Source: Candidatus Aminicenantes bacterium
Lineage (GTDB): Bacteria; Acidobacteriota; Aminicenantia; Aminicenantales; JAFGBC01
Reading direction: 5' to 3'
Length of the DNA stretch: 64,000 nucleotides
Assembly (NCBI GenBank): GCA_963702005.1
Contig: OY969696.1
Span: 4,064,001-4,128,000 of the forward strand
Shown in pieces: positions 37,697 to 47,010 of the stretch. Made by a program: the position numbers and the translations under genes. The notes below the pieces were generated by a model, which ran no database searches, was not told where the DNA came from, and worked only from the letters and a program-made list of their open reading frames with translations. Each line of letters begins with the position of its first letter. Positions within the stretch are counted from its first letter, which is position 1.

Positions 37697-37729
37697 CAGG
37701 GAGGAGCGGTTTGATTATCCGCTCCCCCC
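37697..37729 (-). terminator. Probable intrinsic terminator
   Basis: GGAGCGG/CCGCTCC stem followed by UGUCUUU on the minus strand. Confidence 0.5.
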
Positions 37730-37790
37730 TTTTGGGCCTTTGTCTGAAGGGGAAAGGCGCCCCTGTAATATCAGAGGAATTCCGCGGGCG

Positions 37791-37994
37791 TTAGACGACC
37801 GCCTTCTTCAGGATCGGCATTCCGGTCTTCTTGGTCTCTTCGGCCACATAGCCGACCGGGACGGCGTCGAGAGCGTTGGGGCCGGCCACCTTGGCGAAGT
37901 AGAAGATCTTCTGGATCCGCCCGCCCTTGAGGGTGACATCCTTGGAATGCAGGAAATACGTCGCACCCCTGGAATTCGTGAATTGATAAGCCAT
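37791..37994 (-). CDS. Small hypothetical protein (67 aa)
   Basis: SD AGGAGG; host-like codons; YxFTNSRGxTYFLH...IFYFAK...TGMPILKK. Confidence 0.7.
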   Translation of the reverse strand: MAYQFTNSRGATYFLHSKDVTLKGGRIQKIFYFAKVAGPNALDAVPVGYVAEETKKTGMPILKKAVV

Positions 37995-38025
37995 GTCATA
38001 TCCTCCTGGAGCGAATTATAACTCC

Positions 38026-39312
38026 CTAAAACCGATAACTCAAGTTAACGCCGAGGAGATTGGCGGACGTGGAGTAGGTTCCCTCGCCCAGGTTCATGCC
38101 GTTGGGCAGGAGGTAGACATCCCGGTTAGGGCTCTTCCGGTCGTTGAACATCTCGTGTTGGAAGCCGACGTCGATCCGGAACTTGCCGAAGCCATAGCCG
38201 AAGCCGAGGATTAAAGCGAGCCGGTCGGCGTCGGGCAGGTTGGGATCGACGCTGGCTTCGGGCTGGGGCGTCCAATCGTAGAGGGCCCCCCCGCGCAGGG
38301 TGAGCGCATCGTTGAACTTGTACTCCAGGCCTCCCCGGAGGATGACCGAGTCCGTGAAATTCTCGCTGACCGTCTCGGGCGCGGGATCGGGCAGCGGGTC
38401 GGGATAATCGATATTGATCTTGTACTGGTCGTAGGTGCTCCAGCCGATGTAGTGGAGGTCCACAGACGCCTGGAGCTTGGAGGTCAGCTGGTAGCCGATG
38501 CCGACGCCGATGATGTTGGGGAAATTGAAGGTCGTGTTGGCCTTGCTCGTGGCCGGGATGTACGCCTGGAGGGGTCCCGGAACGTTGCTGGGATCGAGCT
38601 TAAGGTCTCCCTCGTACTTGACCGAGAAGCCGCTCCGGTAATTCAGCCCGCAGGAGAACTTATTCGCCTTGTAAAGAAGGCCGACGTTCCAGGAGACCGT
38701 GCTGCCCGCGGCCCCGCTCACGGAGGCCGGGACGTCGTAGGAGCCGTAGGGTCCGAACGAGATCAGGCGGACGAGGTCCAGGGTCAGGGACGAATGGATG
38801 TAGGAGACGCCGAAGCCGATCCCGAGGTTGTCGCTGATGCGGTAGGCGATGGTCGGGTTGATGATGATCGTTTGCATATCATTGGAGACGCCGACGTAGC
38901 GAAGGGGGTATTTCGCCGGCCACTTCGTTCCCAGCCCGTAGGGACAGAAAAAGCCGATCCCGAAAGCGATCTTGTCGTTCCAGCGGTGGGTGATGTAGAC
39001 GTTGGGGGCGAAGAAGGTCTGATCGACCTGATCGACTTTCTGGTAGGTCGGATCGGGCCAATTGGGAAGGGCCAAGGAACCCTTGGGAATGATGACCGTG
39101 CCGCCCAGCGAGATCTGGGTCCCTTCCATGAAGGCGAGGCCGCCGGGGTTGTGGAAGACGGCGGATGGGTCGTTGGCGACGCCTACGAAAGCGCCGGCGA
39201 TACCCATGGCCGCGGCGCCGTGCTCATAGATGAGGAATCCAGAGCCGCGCGCCGCCGGTGCCGCGCCCAAGACCAAGAGACCAAGGACGCAGAAGGTCAG
39301 GCTTTTCTTCAC
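38026..39312 (-). CDS. FadL/OmpP1/TodX outer-membrane transporter
   Basis: SGF..EHG..AMG.AGA, FHNPGGL, LPDADR; C-terminal YRF. Confidence 0.9.
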   Translation of the reverse strand: MKKSLTFCVLGLLVLGAAPAARGSGFLIYEHGAAAMGIAGAFVGVANDPSAVFHNPGGLAFMEGTQISLGGTVIIPKGSLALPNWPDPTYQKVDQVDQTFFAPNVYITHRWNDKIAFGIGFFCPYGLGTKWPAKYPLRYVGVSNDMQTIIINPTIAYRISDNLGIGFGVSYIHSSLTLDLVRLISFGPYGSYDVPASVSGAAGSTVSWNVGLLYKANKFSCGLNYRSGFSVKYEGDLKLDPSNVPGPLQAYIPATSKANTTFNFPNIIGVGIGYQLTSKLQASVDLHYIGWSTYDQYKINIDYPDPLPDPAPETVSENFTDSVILRGGLEYKFNDALTLRGGALYDWTPQPEASVDPNLPDADRLALILGFGYGFGKFRIDVGFQHEMFNDRKSPNRDVYLLPNGMNLGEGTYSTSANLLGVNLSYRF

Positions 39313-39447
39313 ATTCTCCTCCTTATAATAATCGATAACGTTGACGACAATCCCTTGATTGATCGGGGAATATCACATTATCCAGGCTTGTCCATCTTTG
39401 TATAAAAAAAACGGCTTCCTGTCAAGGAGGAAATCGGCGGACATGGG

Positions 39448-39729
39448 CTATTGGACGAAACCGACCGTCGGCGGGACCTCGGCCGGGGTGATCGCCCCGA
39501 AATCGTCCTCGTATTTCCGGAGGTTGGAGTCGAGGGCCTCCCGGAAGCGTTTGGCATGGGCCGGACTGAGGATGAGCCGCGCAACGAGCTTGCCCATCGG
39601 TCCGTCCGGAAAGACAAACGCGAAATCGAACAAGAACTCTTCCCGGGTATGGCGGATCGCGGCCAGGTTCGAGTACTGGCCCAGGGCGACCTGTTCGTCG
39701 ACCTTGATGTCGATCTTCTTGTCCTCCAT
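39448..39729 (-). CDS. DUF3467 family protein
   Basis: GQYSNLA..H..EEF.FDF, RLILSPAHAKR, YE..FG.I. Confidence 0.85.
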   Translation of the reverse strand: MEDKKIDIKVDEQVALGQYSNLAAIRHTREEFLFDFAFVFPDGPMGKLVARLILSPAHAKRFREALDSNLRKYEDDFGAITPAEVPPTVGFVQ

Positions 39730-39779
39730 GGGTCCTCCTCAGAGGGCTAAAAATATTTTAATTTTTTTTAAAAAATCGC

Positions 39780-39807
39780 TTTACAAATGAACTTTCTTTG
39801 CTATAAT
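39780..39807 (+). promoter_or_regulatory. Strong sigma70-type promoter with no downstream sense CDS
   Basis: TTTACA-16 nt-TATAAT with TG extension and AT-rich upstream region. Confidence 0.65.
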
Positions 39808-39813
39808 GATACT

Positions 39814-39900
39814 GGCTTTCTTGCGCGGGCTGGAGAAAGCCCCCACCTTTTTGGTTCCCATCATCAACCCCCCTTTTGCTGACAACAGCCCGCACCTCTC
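39814..39900 (+). ncRNA. Candidate pseudoknotted small RNA
   Basis: Predicted TSS coincides with an 8-bp stem whose loop is complementary to 39886-39893; 3' end uncertain. Confidence 0.4.
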
Positions 39901-39921
39901 TCATCGCCCGCTCCCGCCCGG

Positions 39922-40020
39922 TCAATACACCGGATCGCCGCTCCGCTCGTCCGCGGCCGCGACGGCCGCGACGCCGGCGAGGATCACGGACGTCACAAGA
40001 ACGATCTTCGCGAATCTCAT
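39922..40020 (-). pseudogene. 32-aa ORF that is essentially a signal peptide (gene remnant or small secreted peptide)
   Basis: SD AAGGAGG; MRFAKIVLVTSVILAGVAAVAAA-DERSGDPVY-stop. Confidence 0.4.
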
Positions 40021-40036
40021 CGTTCCCTCCTTCCCT

Positions 40037-41518
40037 TTATTCGCTATAGTGCCGGATGACGCGGACGACGGCCTGCTCGCAAACCTTGCAGAGAGGCTTG
40101 GTCCCCTTCGTAAACATGAGGCAATCCAGGGCCGGCCGGTAGAGCCCCTTGGCGGCATAGCCGGCGCCCTCAAAAGCCCCGACCGTTCCCCGATACCGGC
40201 TCGCCTTGAGATAAGCGTCAACCTTGTCGGCATGCTCGCGCGACAGCCACTCGGACTCGGCCTCGGCCCGGGCGACCTCGGCGGCCGGCGCCTTGCCCCG
40301 CTTCATCTTGGCGATCCGCTCGTTGGCTTCTTTCCGGACCTTCTGGTAGGCGTTGTCCATGGCGTCGAAATCGGCCTTCTCCCAGGGCGTCGGAATCGGG
40401 AGGTCGGGCGTCGCCCATTCCTTCCACTTGAGCCGGGCGGGGTCGAGGAGGGCCGTGATGTTGGGCTCGGTCGGTTCGACGCCGGCCGGATAAAAGTCGT
40501 TGAAGGCGACCTCCGACGTGTAATATTCGTCCCCGAGGCCCGCGAAGGAATGGCCGAACTCATGGAGGAAAAGGTAGTCCCGCCACTGGTTGTCGGCGGT
40601 GAAGGTGCAGTAGAGGTTGTAGATCCCGCCGCCGCCGTAGCGGGCGTGGTTGATCATGATGAGGAGGGCGTCGTAGGGGACGACCGCGGCGATGTCGCGG
40701 AGGCTCCGGTTGTCTTCGGTCAGGACGTAGCGCTCCGAGCCGAGGGAATCGAAGGTCGCGCCCAGGGCGGTCGCCTTGAAGCTCCCGTGGCCGGGCTCGT
40801 CGCAGCCGCTCTCGTCGGACGGCTTGAGGACGCCGACGACGTTGAAGCGGTCCCGTCGGCTCCGGTAGGGTTCCTCGCGGAACAGGACGGCGACGAGCCG
40901 GTCCAAGTCGGCTTCGAACTTGCCCTCTTCGGCTTTCGTATAACCTTCGCCCAGGACGGCAAGATCGACCTTGAGATGGGGGTCGCCGCTGGTCTGGGCT
41001 CGGAAAACCTTGATCCCGGAAGCGGGCTTGTCCCGGATGATCGTCAGGTCGGCCGGATCGATTACCCGGCTGAAGAGGGGCTTGAGGACGTTGTCGCGGC
41101 CGCGGATCTCGACCGTGAAGCGGACCCGGGCTTTGGGATAGGGAATAAGGGCCGACTCGAAATAAGCCCTTTTATCGCCCTTCAAAGCCGGCTCGGAGGT
41201 CTTGTACTCGCCGAAATAGCAGTCGAATCCTTTGGAGTAAATGAGCGCTCCGGAAGTATCGTCGTAGACTTTGACGAAATAGCGCCCCGTGTTGTAGTCG
41301 TCGATGAGATTCTTGAGGCTCCCAGCCCAGGGGCCCTGATCGAGGACGCGGTCCAGGGTGAGGAACTCTTCCTTGGCGTCGCCGACGTGGACGTAGTCGA
41401 TCCGCATAGTTTTATCCAAGAAATAACGGCCGAAATCGGCGGCCCGCGCGATTTCAGGAAAGGCGATCCCGGCCAGAGCCGTGAATAACAAACACGCCGT
41501 TGCCTGATGGTTTTTCAT
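40037..41518 (-). CDS. M64 family metallopeptidase
   Basis: YGGGG, HEFGHSFAGLGDEY, FEGAGY, YRP..DCLM, CKVC. Confidence 0.9.
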   Translation of the reverse strand: MKNHQATACLLFTALAGIAFPEIARAADFGRYFLDKTMRIDYVHVGDAKEEFLTLDRVLDQGPWAGSLKNLIDDYNTGRYFVKVYDDTSGALIYSKGFDCYFGEYKTSEPALKGDKRAYFESALIPYPKARVRFTVEIRGRDNVLKPLFSRVIDPADLTIIRDKPASGIKVFRAQTSGDPHLKVDLAVLGEGYTKAEEGKFEADLDRLVAVLFREEPYRSRRDRFNVVGVLKPSDESGCDEPGHGSFKATALGATFDSLGSERYVLTEDNRSLRDIAAVVPYDALLIMINHARYGGGGIYNLYCTFTADNQWRDYLFLHEFGHSFAGLGDEYYTSEVAFNDFYPAGVEPTEPNITALLDPARLKWKEWATPDLPIPTPWEKADFDAMDNAYQKVRKEANERIAKMKRGKAPAAEVARAEAESEWLSREHADKVDAYLKASRYRGTVGAFEGAGYAAKGLYRPALDCLMFTKGTKPLCKVCEQAVVRVIRHYSE

Positions 41519-41537
41519 GGTTTCTCCTTTGAGGGAG

Positions 41538-42383
41538 TCAGGGCCGGACGACCCGGCCGGCCAGCTCCTTGAGGAGCTTGAAGGCGGCCGCCGCCGTGAT
41601 CCCGGCCGGGTCCCGAGTCGCATTGAGCTCGACGATGTCGAACCCGACGATTCGGGCCTTGAGGCCTTGGATGATGGCTATGGCCTGCCGCACCGACAGT
41701 CCGCCCGCTTCTCGGTGGGAGACGCCGGGCGCGAAGGCCGGGTCCAGGACGTCCAGGTCAAAGGACACGTAGAGGGGATTGCGGAATTCGAGGATGAGCG
41801 GCTCCCGGAGGTCCTTCATCTCGATCATCCGGACTCCGGCCTTGGCCGCGTTGGCCCTCTGGTCGTTGGAGGCGGCCCGGATCCCGACCTGGACCAAGGT
41901 CTTGGCCAAGCCTTCCTCCATGATCCGCATCATAGGACAGGCGTGGGAGAATCGGTCGCCGTAGAGGTCGGAATAGAGGTCGGGATGGGCGTCGAAATGG
42001 AGGACGTCGAGGGCGGGGTAATGCTTGGACACGGCCCGGACGACATGGAGGGTGATCGAGTGGTCTCCTCCCAGGACGATGGGCACGGCTTTCTTGGCGA
42101 GGATTCGGCCCGTGGCCTGTTCGGTGCGGGCGAAGGTCTTGTCCACGTCCCCCGACGTATCAACATCGCCCAAGTCGACGAGGATCGTGTCGTGTTCCAG
42201 GTCGACGCCGGACTCGGTGCAGGGATTATAGCACTTCCCGGTTGAGGCGGCCCGGATGGCGGCCGGTCCGCCCGCGGCTCCCCGCAGATAGCTGGACTTC
42301 TCGTCGAAGGGGACGCCGATGACGGCCAGCTTGAAATCGGGATGCTCGTCCGCTGATTTAAGCGCGCCTGCGAAATCGGACAT
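41538..42383 (-). CDS. speB: Agmatinase/arginase-family ureohydrolase
   Basis: GGDHS, DAHPD, SHACP, DLDVLDP motifs. Confidence 0.85.
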   Translation of the reverse strand: MSDFAGALKSADEHPDFKLAVIGVPFDEKSSYLRGAAGGPAAIRAASTGKCYNPCTESGVDLEHDTILVDLGDVDTSGDVDKTFARTEQATGRILAKKAVPIVLGGDHSITLHVVRAVSKHYPALDVLHFDAHPDLYSDLYGDRFSHACPMMRIMEEGLAKTLVQVGIRAASNDQRANAAKAGVRMIEMKDLREPLILEFRNPLYVSFDLDVLDPAFAPGVSHREAGGLSVRQAIAIIQGLKARIVGFDIVELNATRDPAGITAAAAFKLLKELAGRVVRP

Positions 42384-42494
42384 GACGGGCCTCCTCGGAG
42401 CCGACGCGAATTCCGTAGTCGGCCCAGATTATACCTAAAACCCTCCCCGGGCGCCATCGGCCCGGCCGGACGGGAAGCATTCATGGACGACGGC

Positions 42495-43733
42495 TCAAGC
42501 GGTCCGCAGCGAAACGGCCGCGAAGCTGACGGCGGACCGGGTCGCCTCTTCGCGCCAGACTCCGTAATTCAAGAGCGTTCCATGAAGGCCCGGGAAAAGC
42601 TCGAGGAGGCAGGCCAGCGTCGAAAACCCGCAGACGTTGGTCCGGTCCCCCGTGCGGCGGGACTCGGCCCAGAACGCCTCGGCGTCGCCGCGGCACAAGG
42701 CATCGAGCAGGGCCCGATCGTGGGCCTCGGCCTCGGGGAGGAGAGACGCGGCCGTCCGGTCATGTCCGAATTTGGGGCCGATATGGGAGAGGTCGACGCC
42801 CGCCACGACCACGGCATCGGCGCCGGCCTCTGAGACGGCCTCCCTGAGACGGCCCAGGAAGCTTCCGACGCCGGGGAGCTCGCCCGCTCGCCGGACGCGT
42901 TCGAGGTCCTCCCGGAACGAACCGCACAGGACCGGGACCAACGAGAATGAAGAGCCGAATAAATGCTGGAGGATAAGAAGCTGGAGCTCGAGGGAATGCT
43001 CATGACGGTGGGCGATGTCCCAGCCCGAAACGGCGCTTCCGCCCGCCTCGCGAAGGCTCCCGACAAGGCGGCGGCTAGTTCCGACGCGCCCCAACGGCGT
43101 TTCGAAATCTTTCTCGGTCAGGCAAAAATAGGCGCCCGCCAGCTGATGGCCCGTCCCCAGGAGAAAGACCGTCCGGGGCGGCCGGAGGCCGAGCGAGCGG
43201 TAGGCCTTGCCGTAGGCCGTCCGCCCGGCCTCGAAATCGATATGGGGCGCCGCGAGAACGCGGAGGCCGGCGCCCGGCTCTTCCCGGTCCGGGACTGAGC
43301 CCGCGTCGAGAATCCCGTCAAGAACGGCCCGGAGCCGGCCGGGATCGGCAGGATAGGCCGAGCCCGCCAGGGCGGCCGTCCGGACCGGCTCGGCCAGATA
43401 GGCGCGCTGGACTTCGTCTTGCGCGGTCCGAAACCCGGGCGAATCAAGGAGCCGGACCTCGTCGAACTCGGCCAGGAGCTTCCGGATGCCGTCGGCGGAG
43501 ACGATCGCTCCCCCCTTCCGGCGGACGAGCTCGAGCTGGATGTCCCGGACGCCCCGCCGCCCGTCGATGAGGCTGAAGAGGAGGAGAGCATCGCCCTGGA
43601 GGACGACGGGCTCGACGATGAGTCCCAGGCCGTCACGGACGATGAGGCTCCGCTTGCCCCCCAGGACGGCGGGGACGATCTCGAGGTCCGGCCTGGGTCC
43701 GGGAACGGGCTGGTCGGGGGCGTTGACTTTCAT
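42495..43733 (-). CDS. AmmeMemoRadiSam system protein B (MEMO1-like)
   Basis: APHID, GTGH, HRHEHSLELQ, DLSHIGPKFG, VCG; true start likely ATG 43733. Confidence 0.85.
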   Translation of the reverse strand: MKVNAPDQPVPGPRPDLEIVPAVLGGKRSLIVRDGLGLIVEPVVLQGDALLLFSLIDGRRGVRDIQLELVRRKGGAIVSADGIRKLLAEFDEVRLLDSPGFRTAQDEVQRAYLAEPVRTAALAGSAYPADPGRLRAVLDGILDAGSVPDREEPGAGLRVLAAPHIDFEAGRTAYGKAYRSLGLRPPRTVFLLGTGHQLAGAYFCLTEKDFETPLGRVGTSRRLVGSLREAGGSAVSGWDIAHRHEHSLELQLLILQHLFGSSFSLVPVLCGSFREDLERVRRAGELPGVGSFLGRLREAVSEAGADAVVVAGVDLSHIGPKFGHDRTAASLLPEAEAHDRALLDALCRGDAEAFWAESRRTGDRTNVCGFSTLACLLELFPGLHGTLLNYGVWREEATRSAVSFAAVSLRTA

Positions 43734-43793
43734 TTTCAAGGGTCGGAGACTATAATAACCTACTATTTGATCCGGCTGAAACAAGGAGGAGCC

Positions 43794-44774
43794 GTGGAAA
43801 AGATCAAGCGGGTCCAAAGCCGGGATGACGTCCTGCGCTACCTGAATGTCGCCCTCGAGCACGAGTGGGCGGTCAGCTTCGAATATCTTTTTCACGCCTA
43901 CTCCATGGCCAAGGGAAAATTTTTCTACGAGGATCCGATATCGAAGCTGAGGACCGACGTCCGGGCCCAGACGATTCAAATCGGGATCGACGAGATGTAC
44001 CACTCCCTCCAGCTCGGGATCGTCATCGCCCAGATGGGCGGACTCCCTTCGTTCAAGACCGACGAGGTCCTCCGCTACCCCCGCATCCTGGACAACCTCG
44101 GCCGCGACCAGAAGACCGAGGACCTGGTCACCGACCTCTACCAGGGCGTCGCCTTCCCCGAGGGCGAGTTCCCCAAAATCCAGAACATGGTCTGGAACAT
44201 CTCTTACGACGAAGTCCGCCATTCCCGCCAGTTCATCGCCATGATGGACGCCATGCGCGGGGCCGGCCAGGAGGACGCCCTCTGCTTCCCGGCCAACCCC
44301 GAGGCGGCCGCCCGGCCCGAGGTCCGGCTCCTCCACGAGATCACGGTCCTCGAAAACGAGATCATGCACCGCTACCTCAAGCACGTCATCCTGTTCAGCG
44401 AGCACCAAGACCTCAGCCAGCGGCTGTTCAAGAACTCCATCAATCACATGAGACACTGGGATAAGGCCTCGGGCTGCCTGGTCAAGCTCGGCGACGTCAT
44501 CCGGATCGAGAACGCCGTCAAGGACGCGGCCGGCGTCGAGCGCAGCGTCGATCCCATGCCCGCTTTCTATCCCGGGGAGGACCGCCCCTCGGCCCTCAAG
44601 AAGCTGCGGCCGGTCGAAGAAGCGTTGGCCGCCAAGTACGAAGCCGTGATCGGTCTTCTCCCGGACGGCGAGGTCAAGGACCAGCTTCGGCTCCATCTCG
44701 GCCTGACCCGGGAGCACATCTTCACCGTCGAATGGCTATATAAGAACGCCCTCAAGATCAAGGGCGTCTGGTGA
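43794..44774 (+). CDS. Tandem (two-domain) ferritin-like protein
   Basis: GTG 43794 after AGGAGG; domain 1 ligands in EHE, DEMYH, TED, DEVRH; second four-helix domain follows. Confidence 0.75.
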   Translation: MEKIKRVQSRDDVLRYLNVALEHEWAVSFEYLFHAYSMAKGKFFYEDPISKLRTDVRAQTIQIGIDEMYHSLQLGIVIAQMGGLPSFKTDEVLRYPRILDNLGRDQKTEDLVTDLYQGVAFPEGEFPKIQNMVWNISYDEVRHSRQFIAMMDAMRGAGQEDALCFPANPEAAARPEVRLLHEITVLENEIMHRYLKHVILFSEHQDLSQRLFKNSINHMRHWDKASGCLVKLGDVIRIENAVKDAAGVERSVDPMPAFYPGEDRPSALKKLRPVEEALAAKYEAVIGLLPDGEVKDQLRLHLGLTREHIFTVEWLYKNALKIKGVW

Positions 44775-44802
44775 GCGGCCGAGCCGAGGGAGGCTGTCAG
44801 CC

Positions 44803-45363
44803 ATGAAAAAGGTCACGACCCACATCAAGTCCTTCCAATATTTCTACCCCTACACGGTCGCCGTCGTCGGGGCCAAGTCCGAAAATCGCCTCAACTACAT
44901 GAGCGCGGCCTGGCATACGGCCCTGTCTTTCAACCCGCCCCTGTTCGGGGTCCTGCTCTCCAAGAAGCGCCTGACCCACGAGGTCATCTCCGAGGCGCGC
45001 GAGTTCACGGTCAATTTCCTCGACTATGACCGGGTCAAACTCTCGGCCCAGATGGGCCGGATATCGGGCCACGACCGGGACAAGGTCGCCGAGTTCCAGG
45101 TCAAGCTGGAGCCGGCCAAATTCCTCCGCTCGCCCATCCTGGCGGAGGCTTACGCGGCCTTCGAGTGCAAGCTGACCGACGTCCGCGCCTTCGGCGACCA
45201 CGACCTGTTCGTGGGGGCCGTCATTGCCGTCCACACCGAGGACAAGTCGTTCCGGTCCGACGGCGTCCTCGACACCCGCAAGGTCCAGCCCCTTCTCTAC
45301 CTGGGAAGCGATTTCTACGTCACGATCGACCCCGATACCCTGAAGCACGTCCTTCCCGATTGA
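44803..45363 (+). CDS. Flavin reductase family protein (flavoredoxin-like)
   Basis: NYMSAAW, SFNPP, EFTVN, SG..RDK, FEC, GDHDLFVG. Confidence 0.88.
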   Translation: MKKVTTHIKSFQYFYPYTVAVVGAKSENRLNYMSAAWHTALSFNPPLFGVLLSKKRLTHEVISEAREFTVNFLDYDRVKLSAQMGRISGHDRDKVAEFQVKLEPAKFLRSPILAEAYAAFECKLTDVRAFGDHDLFVGAVIAVHTEDKSFRSDGVLDTRKVQPLLYLGSDFYVTIDPDTLKHVLPD

Positions 45364-45398
45364 TCCGGGATATCCTCGCGGCCCGGGCACAAGACTTA

Positions 45399-45428
45399 TT
45401 GCACTAACTTAACACATATGTTAAGTTA
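45399..45428 (+). promoter_or_regulatory. AbiE promoter overlapped by a palindromic operator
   Basis: TTGCAC-17-TAAGTT; perfect 10-bp IR TAACTTAACA-CATA-TGTTAAGTTA (45405-45428). Confidence 0.7.
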
Positions 45429-45433
45429 TTGCC

Positions 45434-46066
45434 ATGAATTGGAACGCGTTCCTGACCCGCTTCGCCGACCGGCCGCTCTTTCCATCGTCCCTTCTCCGGG
45501 TCGGCGCCGACGATCCCCGGCTCCTTCAGGTTCAGCTCTCGCGCTGGGTCAGGGCGAAAAAGCTCTCCCAGATCCGGCGCGGCTGGTACCTGATCGAAAA
45601 GCCCTATCGGACGCGCGAGGTGAGCGACGCCGTCATCGCCAACGCCGTCGTCCAGCCGTCCTACCTCTCCCTCGACTGGGCGCTCCAATTCTACGGGCTC
45701 ATCCCAGAGGCGACGTTCCAGCCGACCTCCGTGACCTCGCGCCGCGGCGTTCGGTTCAGGGCGACCGGCCGGCTCTTCATCTACGCCCACGTCGCGCCGG
45801 CCTTCTTCACGGGCTACGCGAGGGTGGAGGCGGCCGGGGAAAAGATCGTCGTCGCCCTCCCCGAAAAGGCCCTGCTCGACAAAATCTACCTTCAGACCCG
45901 GCAAAGCCGCTTTTCGGTCGCCTGGCTCCGGAGCCTTCGCCTCCGGAATCTCCGCGCGCTCGACCCGAGAAAAATGCGTTCCCTCGGCGTCCTTATCCAT
46001 AAGCCCGGTTTTGAGAAGATTTTAAGGGAAACCCTCGACTATATCGCCGCGGAAAGGGAGGGCTGA
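45434..46066 (+). CDS. Type IV TA antitoxin (AbiEi-like transcriptional regulator)
   Basis: wHTH QIRRGWY; SYLSLDWALQFYGLIPE; PEKALLD; overlaps toxin start (TGATG). Confidence 0.85.
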   Translation: MNWNAFLTRFADRPLFPSSLLRVGADDPRLLQVQLSRWVRAKKLSQIRRGWYLIEKPYRTREVSDAVIANAVVQPSYLSLDWALQFYGLIPEATFQPTSVTSRRGVRFRATGRLFIYAHVAPAFFTGYARVEAAGEKIVVALPEKALLDKIYLQTRQSRFSVAWLRSLRLRNLRALDPRKMRSLGVLIHKPGFEKILRETLDYIAAEREG

Positions 46067-46863
46067 TGAAAGATCTCGCGCTCCAGGTCGCCCGCGAAAA
46101 TCCCTCCCGACCGCTGAACGCCCTCCGCGAATACGTCCAGAGCGATCTTCTCTGGGCCCTCCAGAAGACGAAGCTGAACCTGAAGATGTATTTCGTCGGG
46201 GGGACGGCCCTCCGCTTCCTCCATCGACTGCCCCGCTTCTCGGAGGATTTGGATTTCTCGGCCGGCCGGTCCTGGAAGTCGGCGGGGTTCTCCGGCGAAA
46301 TGAGGAAAGTCGAGCGCCAGCTCCGCCTCTCGGGCTATGACGTGTCGCTCCATTTGAACGACGACCGGACGGTTCAGAAAGCGGATTTCCGTTTCCCCGG
46401 CCTTCTGGGCGAGCTGAAACTGGCGCCCCGCAAGGAACAGAAATTCCAGGTTTCGATCGAGGTGGATGTCCATCCGCCCGCCGGCTGGCGGGGAGATCGG
46501 ACGATCGTCAACATCCATCGTCCGATCCTTATCCAGCATTATGACTTGAGGTCCCTGTTTACGGCGAAATTAGCCGCCCTGTGGACAAGAGATTATGCGA
46601 AAGGCCGGGATTATTACGACCTCTTCTGGTACCTGAGCCGCTGGAAGGATCTCAGCCCGGAGCCCGCGCTTCTCGCCAACGCCCTGGCCCAGAAGAAAGG
46701 ATCCTTAAAAAGGATCGATCCCAAAAATTGGAAAGCCTGCCTCCGTGAAACGGTCGAAAAAGCCAAGTGGAAGATCATTGCGGCCGACGTCCTTCCTTTC
46801 CTCGAGCGCCCCGACGACCTCCTCGTATTCACGAAGGACAATCTGCTCCTGTTGCTCGACTGA
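46066..46863 (+). CDS. Type IV TA toxin, AbiEii nucleotidyltransferase
   Basis: FVGGTAL, RFSEDLDF, AKLAAL, KGRDYYDL. Confidence 0.9.
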   Translation: MKDLALQVARENPSRPLNALREYVQSDLLWALQKTKLNLKMYFVGGTALRFLHRLPRFSEDLDFSAGRSWKSAGFSGEMRKVERQLRLSGYDVSLHLNDDRTVQKADFRFPGLLGELKLAPRKEQKFQVSIEVDVHPPAGWRGDRTIVNIHRPILIQHYDLRSLFTAKLAALWTRDYAKGRDYYDLFWYLSRWKDLSPEPALLANALAQKKGSLKRIDPKNWKACLRETVEKAKWKIIAADVLPFLERPDDLLVFTKDNLLLLLD

Positions 46864-47010
46864 TCTCATTCAGCAATCCGTTCGGCTCATCTTGGCCAGT
46901 TCAAAAGCCATGTCATTTCTCTCCTCTCTGAAACGTTTTCCGCGATTCGACCCGCCCTTAAGAACAAGTCCGATTTAAGACTTTTTCGGCGATCTTCTTT
47001 TAATATCGCT

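Noticed and set aside
35213-37714. 833-aa plus-strand ORF (likewise 20271-22337, 39806-41488, 14110-15438)
   Set aside because: Antisense to well-supported genes; typical high-GC artefact
43734-44717. N-terminal 328 aa of the 740-aa MEMO1 ORF
   Set aside because: Overlaps the ferritin-like gene on the opposite strand; MEMO1-like sequence begins near 43733
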